Below are positions 24,514 to 37,795 of a DNA stretch of 46,588 nucleotides, piece by piece. The stretch is taken from the NCBI RefSeq assembly GCF_001194135.2, contig NC_069001.1:11311910-11358497 (forward strand), given 5' to 3'. Numbering within the stretch: the first letter of the stretch is position 1; the number at the start of each line of letters is the position of its first letter. The notes under the pieces were generated by a model. It had not been told where the DNA came from. It ran no database searches and was given only the letters and a program-made list of their open reading frames with translations. The DNA is from Octopus bimaculoides. Taxonomy: Eukaryota. The position numbers and the translations under genes were made by a program.

Positions 24514-24764
24514 TAAAAATAAATACAAAAAAAGGGGTTTTGTATGATTGTGTATAGAGGAATATATTATTTTATTTAAAAGAGTTCCAACTCTGTCTGT
24601 TTTTTTATGTTTTATTTATATTCTTGTAAAGTTAATGTGGGATATAGAATATGGAATATACAATATATAATATAAAAATGGATGGTACAATGAAATAAAG
24701 TATTAAATGTCTTATTGAATATATGAAATATTGAGTGTTCAATATAAAAGATTAAATATATAAA

Positions 24765-24807
24765 GGCGAATAGAATTTTCTATACCTTGTGGTATTTCAT
24801 CATGGCC
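24765..24807 (-). ncRNA. Hammerhead ribozyme relic
   Basis: Minus strand reads GGC-C(A)TGATGA-A-ATACC acaa GGTAT-A-GAAA-AT tct AT-TC|GCC. Stem II is a perfect 5 bp and the triplet is UUC. There is a 1-nt insertion in the core. Confidence 0.45.
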
Positions 24808-24831
24808 GGTATGACAGACTTTATATATATA

Positions 24832-25472
24832 TATAAAATGAGTAAAACAGCTAGTTTTAAATCTTTGAATGAGATCTAAGTAGAGTAGTAACGATACTAT
24901 ATAGTAAAATCTATTTGCCAACGTGAGGTGGCAGTCCTGCGTAGGACCATGTTACTACCTTTTAACTTCAGGAAAATATTTTTTCCAGCTGGTTATCGAC
25001 GCACAATCTGTGTTTGAAATATAGTGTAAGCAAGGGAGTGTGGCACTTGCAGTACCAACATACCATTGGCTTTTGGGTAATTTCCCGTCCTTACGCTCGC
25101 AAATAGATTTTACTATGAAATATAGTTACTACTAAGATCTCATTCAGAGATTAAAGCTTAGCTATTTTACTCACGACGAGATTAGTGGCTGTCTGTCACT
25201 TCTATATTTATATACGAAATAGGGTCGAGTAAGTTGCTATCTCTAGCCGGCGGTTGTCCAGCAGCGAGGACGGGAAGTTACCCAGAAACCATTCGACTAT
25301 TGGTACTGCAAGTGGCTTGGAGGGAACAGTACGCTCCCTTGTCCACAGTATGTTTCAGGCACAGATTGTGTGTCGATAACCAGCTGGAAAAGATGTTTTC
25401 CTGGGATTAAAAGATAGTAACATGGTCCTACGCAGGACTGCCACTTTACGTTGGTAAATAGATTTTACTATA
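24832..25472. mobile_element. Fold-back element C: about 1.05 monomers (355 nt, right part) plus an inverted copy, hammerhead relic in each arm
   Basis: 24899-25092 is the imperfect reverse complement of 25263-25472. aaatagattttactat occurs at 25101 and 25456 (period 355). 24835-24918 is the reverse complement of 25100-25175. Confidence 0.9.
25261..25309 (+). ncRNA. Type I hammerhead relic (U4 deleted)
   Basis: GCAG-C_GAGGA-C-GGG aagtta CCC-A-GAAA-CCA ttcgactat TGG-TA|CTGC. Stem I GCAG/CTGC, triplet GUA. The mirror relic is on the minus strand at 25049-25092. Confidence 0.55.
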
Positions 25473-25794
25473 TGTGTGTGTGTGTGTGCGTGTGTGTGTG
25501 TATGTGTATACCTACATACATAAACACTCATATATATGTAACATATGTCATTATTCAGTTTTATTTCCAGATTTGTTGCAAACTGAAAGAGCCAGTTTCG
25601 AATCTAGATCGAAGGCCACTTCATTGAAATTTCAAAATCAAAAGGCTATTTATGTATGTATGGATGGATGGATATAAGCAGATTTGTGTGTTTTATTTGA
25701 TGCATGTATTGTCATACATATAGTTGCATGTCTCATCATAGTCGTGTATATTTTCTGTAAGTATGTATGTATGTATGAAAAATATATATACCTT

Positions 25795-25978
25795 TCACTC
25801 TTATTTGTCCCGGCTATTTGACTGCGGCCATGCTGGAGCATTGCCTTTAGTCTAACAAATAGACCCCAGGATTTATTCTTTGTAAGCCTAGTACTTATTC
25901 TATCGGTTTCTTACGGGTACGCAAACACACCATAATCGGTTGCGGGAGGGAGTAACTCAGACACACAAACATAGACCT

Positions 25979-26051
<73 letters not shown>

Positions 26052-26147
26052 AGACGGGCTTCTTTCAGTTTCCGTCTACCAAATCCACTCAAAAGGCTTT
26101 GGTCGGCCCGAGGCTATAGTAGAAGACATGCCCAAGGTGCTACGCAA
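25795..26147 (-). mobile_element. SINE family 1 with internal (CA)/(TA)n, 5'-truncated
   Basis: 3' half at 25795-25960 and 5' half at 26050-26147. Confidence 0.85.
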
Positions 26148-26894
26148 TATATATATATATATATGTGTGTGTGTGTATGTGTGTGTTTGTGAATGATTAA
26201 ATCTACAAGTATGCATGCATATGCACACATACGCATATACAAATGGGCATGTGTGTATGTGTGCGCGCGTGCTTGAGCGTGTGCATGTGTCTGTTTTTTT
26301 TCTGTGTGTATGTTTGTCTGCTGGTGTGTTGATAGATAGGAAGAGAGTGGGAGAGCATCTTGTTTACATCAGTGCAGACCCGTCCTCAAGTTGTACGGGG
26401 GAAAGCATCCGTTTAGATAAGCGTAATCTGAATGCTTGGTTTGGGCTACTTTCGGAGACTGAAAGACAAGCCCAGTGACCTTCGTGAAAAGCATGTTCGT
26501 CACATCTTTATCGAAGATATCACACATCCATCAGTCCTAGTTATTTAGAAACACACAGAAATGTGTAACTGTCCTCGTCCACTACTAAATTACTGCTATA
26601 GCTTGTCGAATTCATTCGAAGCACTTTCTTATCGAATCATATATAGTCGCAGATACACATATATACACACCTGCATTCATTACATATCCCTATATATATA
26701 TATATACACACTCATATACACGCACTCACAAATGTTTTTTTTATATATTGAGAGAGAAAAGGAGGCTACCTAATTATATACATATATATGTGTGAGTGTT
26801 TGTGTGAGAGAGTATATATATATATATGCATATGCTTGTTATACACACGCTCATATAACAAACATATATAGTAAGAGAATAATATCGAGACATG

Positions 26895-26945
<51 letters not shown>

Positions 26946-27775
26946 TGTGGGTGAGAGAGAGAGAGAGAGAGAAAGAGAAGGAAGAGATACTAATATGAAA
27001 ATACCTTTACGTATGAATATAATTATCGCATTTTATTATTATATCAATTTGTATCTAACACTCTATACATGAAATACCATTTTATCGCATAATATTTAAT
27101 AATTGTATTTTTGATTATCAACATTGTGTAGATTATATCTGCCACATTCAGGCTATTGTCAGAAAAATATACGACGAGATCGAAGATTAAAAAAAATATA
27201 TAACTATCAAACAAACATACTATTTTAATTTGAAGCAAACAATCACATAAACACACACACACACAAAAAAAATATGAAATATATAAATATACAATGTAAT
27301 CTTGCCGTTATTTCTTTTATATTTGTTTAATCAAACCTACGAAAGCAATCTAATTATGTAATTAAGCACTAATTAATGACAAAGAAAACAGCTTTTAAAA
27401 GTTTGAAAACAAAACCACCAACAGTAAAAGTAATGAATTACAAAGGGGGAATTTCTTTTCTTAAATATTTTTCTAACAAATTCTATCAAGAGAAATTATA
27501 ATGTTCATGTTCATAAGATAGATTATTAATTAAGATAGCATATTTTTCTAACAGCAACGTAATTAGTGCCGCAAAAATGAATGAACAAATCACACACATA
27601 CATAGTCATACAGACATACACACGTGTGAACTCATTATTTACATATTCATATTCTTGTGGGGGCATGTATGTAGGCATTGCATATGTACGTGTGTTTGTA
27701 TGTTTGAGTGTATTTTTGCGTGTACATCTATCTATCTATCTACTCCTCCTCTCTGTATGTATCCATGTATGTATG

Positions 27776-27810
<35 letters not shown>

Positions 27811-28419
27811 CTGAATGTATACAATTATATGCATATAATTGTTTGCATATAAATTTATATTTGAACGTATATATATATATATATATATATATAAGGTGGT
27901 GCTCCAGTATAGCCTCAGTCAAACGATTGAAACAAGTAAAAGAAAGATAGATCATCATTCATATACATACATATATATATATATATATATACATATGTGT
28001 GTGTGTGTGTGTTATGTATGTATTTATATTATCATATTCTACGAACTCCTACATTGGAGAGCTCAATACTTTCTATACATACCGATCCAGTGAATAATCA
28101 GAATTTTCTTACGGTGTGCAGTCTTTCTTCGGCTATTAAAAGTGCCACCTATACATATATACATAGGTGTATGCGTTTGTATGTGTGTGTTTATGCCTGG
28201 GTATTTATTTATATTCTCGTGTATACGTATATATACATACACCTATATGAACACAGTAAATTTAATCGGAATACTGGAAAGGTTGGATGGTCAACCAAGA
28301 TAACTCACAATTAATTATTCATTGAGTCCCAAAATTCTATAACATTATCATGGATAAATACATGGCTATTGAATCTCCTGAACACTTACATATTCCTCTT
28401 ACAGTATTTCGGCTACTTG

Positions 28420-28850
28420 AGGCGGCGAGAAGGCAGAATTGTTATTACATCGGACAAATTTTTTTTAGCGTCGTTTCTTCCGTTTTCACGTTCTGTGTTC
28501 AAATTCCGCTGAGGTCGACTTTCCCTTTTATCCATTCGAGGCTGATCAATAAGTACCAGTTGGGCACTGCGGGCAATGTAATAGACTTACCCCACTCCCA
28601 GAAATTGCTAGTCTTCTGCCAAAATTTAAAACCAGTATATCAGCTAAGGCGGTGAGCTGACAGAACAGATATCTCGTCGGACAGAATGCGTAGCAACATT
28701 TCCTCCGACTGAGTTCAAATGCCACCGAGGTTGATTTTTGCCTTTTATTCTTTCGGGATTGATAAAATAAGTTGCAGTTTAGTACTGGAGTCGATATATC
28801 CAACTTCTTGCACTTCCAGAAATTGCTGGTCTTCTGCCAAAATTTAAAAC
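28420..28850 (+). mobile_element. Two tandem SINE family 2 copies (28420-28632 and 28648-28850)
   Basis: Both have ggcgg.gag heads, gttcaaat B-box regions and near-identical tails ccagaaattgct.gtcttctgccaaaatttaaaacc. Confidence 0.85.
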
Positions 28851-28959
28851 CAATATTTCGGTTACAATGTGAGATCGTTTGATATTCATTTGGAATTGCT
28901 TATAGTTGTATTTACTTAAGCTTTCTCTGAGAAGCGATCTCTCAGAATTGTAACCACGC

Positions 28960-29050
28960 CAGGCATAAAGCTTAGTCGCATTTTGTCCGTCTTTACGTTC
29001 TGAGTTCAAATTCCGTCGGGGTTGACTTTGCCTTTCATTCTTCTGGATAG
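28960..29050 (+). mobile_element. SINE family 2 fragment
   Basis: ttgtccgtctttacgttctgagttcaaattccgtcggggttgactttgcctttcatt. Confidence 0.8.
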
Positions 29051-30395
29051 ATAATATTTAGCTCCTCCCCCAACCTGCTTACCCGTTGCCCAATGCTGAA
29101 ACCAATATCTATTTAAGCTTACAAAAGATTTTTTTTTTTTTCTGAAAGAATATTCCAATTCGTCCATCCGTCTTTTTCTCTATCTGAATGTGTAATTGGT
29201 TAACATGTCTTACGATATTAAATGAGATATTTCATTTAGTATGGGATGGATAGCGTGATCTAAATTCTATGAACCGGCTTACAGAAATGGAACTTCTTTT
29301 TCATCGATGCTGAATGGAAATTTAAATGATTCATGAATGTCCTTGATTAAATTTTGAAACCTTGTAATATTTCTTATATATTTTTAGTGAAATTTGAAAT
29401 AATCTCTCCCTTCTTTTTTCAATGCCTTTTCAATCAAAATGTAAGACAACCCTTGATCGGATGTTGTTGTTTTCGCTTCTAAGACCTCAATAGCTATTTC
29501 TTGTAAAACGAAGCGCGACTTTTGTACGTGATGTTATTTGAAAGTTATATTAGTTAGCCATAGAAGTACTTGTTTCAGGCACCAATCTTTGATAATCTGT
29601 TCACAGTTAAGCATAAGCATTCATTTGCCCTTAATTTCAGCACCTTTAACCTTAATTCAAGTGCGATGCTTGTATAGAGGCTGGTGTAGGGGAAACTAAC
29701 TCCGATTTGAAATGCACATACACACGCACACACTTATACGTACACACATATATAGACGTGCACATACATTTGCACATACAGACATACACATATACATACA
29801 TATACACTCACGAATATACGCACATAAAGATTTGATTTATAATTCTCAAATAATTTCATGATTTTGTTCAGGAATTTTAACTTAATTATTTACCAAATTT
29901 CACTACGCCTTATTGATTCAGTACAGCATCCTGTTTTTATTCTATTTCGCTGTAGGGAAGACAAGTTATTTAGGAAAAGAAAAGTCCGAAGCAAAAAAAA
30001 AAAAACACAGAAAAGAAGACAGAATTATCTATGATGTGTAATGAAGCTCAAACGGATAACTACTAAAATACACGTTTTAGTAATTTTGATAAGAAGTTCC
30101 TTGAATGCTGATGACAGTGTCGCATTCGATGAGAAAGGTTTTCAAAATTGTAAGGCAAAATTTCATTCGCATATAATATGCTACGCCTCGCAACAAAACA
30201 TTAGAAAACTGTTATTGTTTATCAGCACTGTGAAGAGAACATTATATCGTAATTGGGTAAAAACAGCAGATCACCTGTCCATCCAGCAACTCATTTTCAA
30301 GCAATGACATCCTCATCAACGTGTCGTCTTCTGCAATGCGCACACAGACCCACGCACGCACACGCATAACTATCTATCATCTTTCTTTCTTCCTT

Positions 30396-30427
<32 letters not shown>

Positions 30428-30816
30428 TATATATGCACATATATATGTATATATATATATATGTGTGTATGTGTGTGTGTGTGTGTTTGTGAGTGTGTGT
30501 GCAGGTATGGAAACTGGTAATATGTTATAAAAGTTATTGATATAACAAATAAAATGTTTGTACTCTTTGTGATTAATGAAAACAATAAAGGCGGCACTCC
30601 AGCATGGCCGCAGGTAAATGACTGAAACGAATAAAAGAATAATATCTTCTTTACTCGAATCCATTCTCAACACATCCCTCCCATCTTGAAATCCACAACT
30701 TGAAAAGATTCCATTTTAGTGGTTGAGTTTTAATAGACCTCGTTTAATTGTTGCTCGAACAGTTCTACCACCAGCGACTCGCATTCGTGTAGTAGGATAT
30801 CTAGTCCAAGATATAG

Positions 30817-30935
30817 GGTACACGTGTGTGTAGAGTGCTTAGCCACTTGCACGTTCATTTCATGAGCAGGTTGTTCCGTTGATTGGATCAACTCGAACCC
30901 TCGACGTCGTAAGCGACGGAGTGCCAACAACAACA
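30817..30935 (+). mobile_element. SINE family 3, 3' portion (5'-truncated)
   Basis: gggtacacgtgt...agccacttgcacg...ctcgacgtcgtaagcgacggagtgccaacaacaac. Confidence 0.9.
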
Positions 30936-31570
30936 TTAAGGTGTGCAGCGATGCAGACTTTCTGAAAATCGACAACTTAATCTCAAGCAGAGGCTCACAA
31001 TTTTCCTTTGCATGGTTTTATTGTAAACTCGACCATGGTCAAGCCCATCAGATTGGTCCACGTTGTCTAAAAATGGCAGTACAGCTCACACATCTCAAAA
31101 AGACAAGCGATGCAGTTTGCTCTGGAAATTTGCATGAGGTATTCGAACTGTGAGGGTTGTAATTAGAAGGCAGACATTGTTGTTAGACATCGATGAGGAG
31201 ATCGAACCAAGTCCGCAATCACCATGCCGCCCAAGATCAGTCTCACTATCCACAACTTGCTATTTTTAATTGGATTTAATTAATTTAATTTACAGTGTCG
31301 GCTTCTGTGTCTTTTCTGATCTGAATTAAACATTAATAAAATTATTTTTCATATTCCAGGTTTAATTTAATTAATTACAGTATTTTTCTCTCTACTATAT
31401 TAAGTATGTTCGTACCCGATATATTATATGTTACTTTGTGTGCATATATTTGTCTATGGAAGCAAGAACATTTTTGAAGTCTGTTTGCTTTTATTTTGTT
31501 TTTAGAATGTGTATGCTAGTATGAATGTGTGATTGATGCGTGAGTGAGTATTCAATTTCTTTGCTGATGC

Positions 31571-31604
<34 letters not shown>

Positions 31605-31606
<2 letters not shown>

Positions 31607-31742
31607 TCGGCAAAAAAGACCGATCGAATAAGTATCAGGGTTAAAGTCAAAATAAGTACGAGGGGTTTCAATTTGCTCGACCAAAATGCTTCAAAGTGGT
31701 GCTCCAGTATGACCGCAGTCTATTGACTGAAACAAATAAACA
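31605..31742 (+). mobile_element. SINE family 1, 3' half
   Basis: gttcggcaaaaaagaccgatcgaataagt...gtggtgctccagtatgaccgcagtctattgactgaaacaaataaa. Confidence 0.8.
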
Positions 31743-31859
31743 ATGAGATGTTTTGCAAAGTATGTAGTCTATTGTAACATCCTTGCCTTTTATTTATTTA
31801 TCGAAGCCGACAGAATTAAAGGTAAAGTTAACATATGGATTTCAGCGTGTATGAATGTG

Positions 31860-32300
<441 letters not shown>

Positions 32301-33427
32301 TACGATTGCGTGTGCATGAGCATGTATATGCGTTCTTTTGTCGGTAAATCATCTCCCATATATTATTGAACACGTGGGAGCCTTTTTGTCACCTACAATT
32401 AAACTAATTTACCCCTCTGTCATTAGTGTGCGTTTGTCTATCTTAATGTATGCTTGTGTGAAGGTATATATCTATATATTTTAGTTTCCGCAACCCCCTA
32501 ACAATTAATAAGTAGGCAGCAATTAATTAAAAGACACAGCCTTAAAATCTGAACATGTTTCTTTTTGTTTTAGTTATTTTTTAAACTTTCTATATATATT
32601 TTGGTGCCATTATTTTTTTATTTTTTCCTCAGTTTTTTTTTATGTATTGTTTCGTTTGTTCCTTTTTTTTATTTTCGTCTGAAAAAAATTTTGCAAATAT
32701 CATTTGTTTCCATTTTAATTTGTCACTCGTGGAATATTGTAAAATTATCATCATCGCTATTATCATCATGGACAAGCTACAAAATCGATATCGAGAACAA
32801 GAACAGGAAGAATAATACCATTAAACTGCAGCTAAAATAACAAATATTGACAACATTGCAAAAAAACTAACATTATCAAGAGTAATAACATTAACAAGAA
32901 GAACAACAACAAAAATAACCCCAACACAGGAGCGGCGACACAAAGAGAAAGAAATACCAACAAAAAAAATTTAAGAGTAAAACAATAAGAAAACATTGAA
33001 TATTTACAGGAAAGTTAACAGAACAAAAATAAAATATAACACATTAACAAAAAAAAAGAAATACAATAAAAGGTTTAAAAAACAAAACAAAAGCAAAGAA
33101 ATTAGGAAGAAGATGGAGGCAGTGTAGAAGAGTAAGTCAAAGAACAAATGTGAAATTATATAAATCTATGTGGAAAAATCCTGCCAGAACATAATAGTTA
33201 TTTGATTAGGACATTTTTGCTTTTTAGAATTTACTGATTAAATTTTTCTGTTATCATCATCTTAGCTGAAATTTAAATTTTTAAAAGACTCAAAATACGA
33301 GCAGAAATCAAAATAAGTACAAATCCAACATCTTTCCCACGCCAAACATTTTATTTGATTATTTCTTTACGTTCTGAATATTTTGCATTTATTTCTATTG
33401 GTTATTTTCTTCTTTTCGTGTCTTTAA

Positions 33428-33555
33428 AACAACCACATGGTTCCGAGTTCATTCCCACTGCGTGGCACCTTGGTCAAGTTTCTTCTACTATAGCCTCGAG
33501 CCGACCAAAAACTTATGAGTGGATTTGGTAGACGGAAACTGAAAAGAAGCCTGTC

Positions 33556-33592
<37 letters not shown>

Positions 33593-33802
33593 TGTGTGTA
33601 TGTGTGTCTGTGTTTGTCCCCCCAACATCGCTTGACCACCGATGCTGGTGTGTTTACGTCCCCGTAACCTAGCAGTTCGGCAAAAAGAGACCGATAGAAT
33701 AAGTACTAGGCATCGAAAGAATAAGTCCCTGGGGTCGATTTTCTCGACTAAAGGCGGTGCTCCAGCATGGCCGCAGTCAAATGACTGAAACAAGTAAAAG
33801 AG
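33428..33802 (+). mobile_element. SINE family 1, nearly complete
   Basis: caaccacatggttccgagttcattcccactgcgtggcacc ... (TA)n ... cagcatggccgcagtcaaatgactgaaacaagtaaaagag. Confidence 0.9.
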
Positions 33803-34223
33803 TAATTTCGTCTTTACAGTGTTATTTCCCATCGATTTCTGTCTTTATCCCTCTAATCGTTTTCTCTGTCTCTCACACACGCACTCCTATACACTTCACT
33901 CGACAAGTCTTCTTTGCTTTCTGCTCTTGACCTTTCCTCCATCTAACGTTGAAGGTGCATTTAAATATATAGCACATTTTTAGAAACCACATTTTGTTGT
34001 TCCTTTTTATTTAACATTTGATAAGTTGTCATCGCACCTTCATCAGATATGTAGCCAACCATATCGTATTTCATTGATTCGACCTCAATTGGTCAAATGG
34101 CTGTCATTCGTTTATAGCCGACGAGAATGCATCGTAGCTGATCGCTCCTATGTTCAAAACTCCGAGGGCTATAATGACAACTTACTGATTGTCCTAAATT
34201 ATACATATATACATTATTTTTTT

Positions 34224-34282
<59 letters not shown>

Positions 34283-36297
34283 NNNNNNNNNNNNNNNNNN
34301 NNNNNNNNNNNNNNNNNNNNNNNNNNNNNNNNNNNNNNNNNNNNNNNNNNNNNNNNNNNNNNNNNNNNNNNNNNNNNNNNNNNNNNNNNNNNNNNNNNNN
34401 NNNNNNNNNNNNNNNNNNNNNNNNNNNNNNNNNNNNNNNNNNNNNNNNNNNNNNNNNNNNNNNNNNNNNNNNNNNNNNNNNNNNNNNNNNNNNNNNNNNN
34501 NNNNNNNNNNNNNNNNNNNNNNNNNNNNNNNNNNNNNNNNNNNNNNNNNNNNNNNNNNNNNNNNNNNNNNNNNNNNNNNNNNNNNNNNNNNNNNNNNNNN
34601 NNNNNNNNNNNNNNNNNNNNNNNNNNNNNNNNNNNNNNNNNNNNNNNNNNNNNNNNNNNNNNNNNNNNNNNNNNNNNNNNNNNNNNNNNNNNNNNNNNNN
34701 NNNNNNNNNNNNNNNNNNNNNNNNNNNNNNNNNNNNNNNNNNNNNNNNNNNNNNNNNNNNNNNNNNNNNNNNNNNNNNNNNNNNNNNNNNNNNNNNNNNN
34801 NNNNNNNNNNNNNNNNNNNNNNNNNNNNNNNNNNNNNNNNNNNNNNNNNNNNNNNNNNNNNNNNNNNNNNNNNNNNNNNNNNNNNNNNNNNNNNNNNNNN
34901 NNNNNNNNNNNNNNNNNNNNNNNNNNNNNNNNNNNNNNNNNNNNNNNNNNNNNNNNNNNNNNNNNNNNNNNNNNNNNNNNNNNNNNNNNNNNNNNNNNNN
35001 NNNNNNNNNNNNNNNNNNNNNNNNNNNNNNNNNNNNNNNNNNNNNNNNNNNNNNNNNNNNNNNNNNNNNNNNNNNNNNNNNNNNNNNNNNNNNNNNNNNN
35101 NNNNNNNNNNNNNNNNNNNNNNNNNNNNNNNATATATATATATCCATATATATATATATATACACGTACACACGCACACACACATGCTTATATATAATAA
35201 TCTACGTGTGTCTGTGGTGGTGTGTTTGGTGTGCTAGCGTCACATCATACCTTTGTATATATGAGTGTGGATTTCTCTTGACATATATGTATTAGTACAA
35301 ACAACACATAAATACGTATTCCTCTTAGTATGTTCAGATATGCTTACATTTATGTGGTCTGTTGGCCTCGTCAATGTTGTCACATTTTCTAATATTATGG
35401 AGTGTTTGTGAAATGTAATTTCCGTTAGTCTGGCGCCAACATACACATACTTTCTGAATTACGATGAGCTTTCTTCAAACAAATGGCTTCTCACTTGGCT
35501 TGTTCGGGAAACAGATTTGGCTTAATATTGTTCTTGTTTTCACTATTCTGAAGACTGTTGTTATGGACCTTGTCGCTGATTTTTCTCTTTTATATAAATA
35601 CATACATAAAAAAAAACGACAATTGTTATTGTTGATATTTTTTATGGTGACCTTACATATTGTCATTCTCCTTGTTTACATACCATACCGATGTGTTACG
35701 AATTTTCATACGACTATATGTGTGCCTGTATGTGTGTGTGTGTGTCTTTGTGTGTTTATGTGTGTGTATGAAAATATGTACCTGAGTACATACATATGTG
35801 TTTGTATTCATATATATTTTCTATGTGAAATGATTTGAAGCACATACACAAACAGAGATATACACATCACACAGACATAGATACATTCAGGTAATGGTGT
35901 TTGTATGTTCAATGTCTCAGGCATACATCTACGCATACTTACATATATATTGAGGAATACATCCATACATACATAAATACATACATGTGTGTGTGTATTT
36001 GTGTTTTGTACCATATTTTCGTAAATTGATTAAGCTGTTTATGGAGTCTCGAAGAGGGTTCCCCCACCACCACCACCAATGTTTTCACGTTTCAACCAAG
36101 GTGAAAATCGAGTATAGGACAGCTAGAAGTAATAGCTTCATCAAAGGACAGCTGGGACAAATTGTAGTCCATGTAGACAGTAGCAACGTAGAAGCATTCA
36201 TGTTGAAACTTTGTCCAATAATTGACCACACGAGTCCCCCAACCACATGCATATTGATTTTTGCATATGAATATATATGTTCATTCGTATATATTTC

Positions 36298-36353
<56 letters not shown>

Positions 36354-36607
36354 TACATGCATATATACATGCATAATTAGGATAAAGTCATTAATTAATG
36401 ATTTATCACTGGCTAGCGTACAAAAAACCCCCACCTAAGTTAAATTAATATTAAAAGTATAATTATAAATAAAGGTGGGACAGAGCCTGTACGCTTGAAA
36501 TAGACGTCAAACAACTACAAACATTTAAGTTACCATTGCGTTCATCAAAAGGCTGTATGCAAGGAAAATGGACAAAAAAAAACGAATTTATAAGAATTTT
36601 GTGTACA

Positions 36608-36671
36608 ACCATATATCTTAAGATTTCATGTTTTGCAGTATCAAAATTGCTTTACAATCTTCAGTAGTGTA
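36608..36671 (-). ncRNA. Hammerhead mirror copy in the left arm of element D
   Basis: CTGAAGA core, GAAA and the ATCTTAAGAT-A palindrome are all intact. Stem I has two mismatches. Confidence 0.65.
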
Positions 36672-37219
36672 CACCGACCGTAAATAAATGAGAAATACAT
36701 ATACATACCCATAGGACATATACTCGTACAAATACGAGTATATACATATATTTCACACATATATACGAAAACCCCATCGTTCTTTTCAGCCATGTGTGTA
36801 TTTACTCAGAATAATCCTGCAGCAAATATGTTTATGGAGTGAATAAATATATATTTATACATAATTAGGATAAAGTCATTAATTAATGATTTATCAGTGG
36901 CCAGTGTACAATAAATCCATATAGGTTAAATTAATATTTAAAGTATAATTCTAAATATGTAATTATAAGTAAGGGCGCTAGAGGGACAGCACCTGTACGT
37001 TTGAAATGGACGTGAATAAATATATATTTAAACATAATTAGGATACAGTTATTAACGTACACTGGCCACTGGTAAATCATTAATTAATGATTTTATTCTA
37101 ATTATGTATAAATATATATTTATTCATTCCATGAACATATTTACTGCAGTATTATTGTGAGTGAAGACCCACATGGCTGAATTGGGCGATTCGGGTTTTA
37201 CTTCGTGTATATAAAAACA

Positions 37220-37264
<45 letters not shown>

Positions 37265-37656
37265 NNNNNNNNNNNNNNNNNNNNNNNNNNNNNNNNNNNN
37301 NNNNNNNNNNNNNNNNNNNNNNNNNNNNNNNNNNNNNNNNNNNNNNNNNNNNNNNNNNNNNNNNNNNNNNNNNNNNNNNNNNNNNNNNNNNNNNNNNNNN
37401 NNNNNNNNNNNNNNNNNNNNNNNNNNNNNNNNNNNNNNNNNNNNNNNNNNNNNNNNNNNNNNNNNNNNNNNNNNNNNNNNNNNNNNNNNNNNNNNNNNNN
37501 NNNNNNNNNNNNNNNNNNNNNNNNNNNNNNNNNNNNNNNNNNNNNNNNNNNNNNNNNNNNNNNNNNNNNNNNNNNNNNNNNNNNNNNNNNNNNNNNNNNN
37601 NNNNNNNNNNNNNNNNNNNNNNNNNNNNNNNNNNNNNNNNNNNNNNNNNNNNNNNN

Positions 37657-37687
<31 letters not shown>

Positions 37688-37730
37688 CTCTGGGTGTGTA
37701 TATGTATTTCTTATTTATGTATTGTCGGTG

Positions 37731-37795
37731 TACCCTACTGAAGATTGTAAAGCAGTTTTGATGTTGCAAAGCATGAAATCTTAAGATATAGGGTA
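37731..37795 (+). ncRNA. Type I minimal hammerhead ribozyme with palindromic, loop-less stem III
   Basis: TACCCTA-CTGAAGA (37738-37744)-[30-nt stem II region]-GAA-ATCTTAAGAT-A|TAGGGTA. Stem I is a perfect 7 bp, stem III is a 10-nt palindrome, and the triplet is AUA. Confidence 0.8.

Noticed and set aside
24985-25035. Second, opposite-polarity hammerhead in element C (GCACA-atc-TGTG, GAAA.A-ta.-TGT)
   Set aside because: The CUGANGA core needs two or three substitutions and stem I does not pair convincingly, so an ambisense viroid-like claim is not supported.
34022-34183. 11-bp inverted repeat TAAGTTGTCAT...ATGACAACTTA as a MITE, and CTGATGAAG on the minus strand
   Set aside because: An 11-bp inverted match within 200 bp is expected by chance in a window this size, and no GAAA or stems complete a ribozyme.
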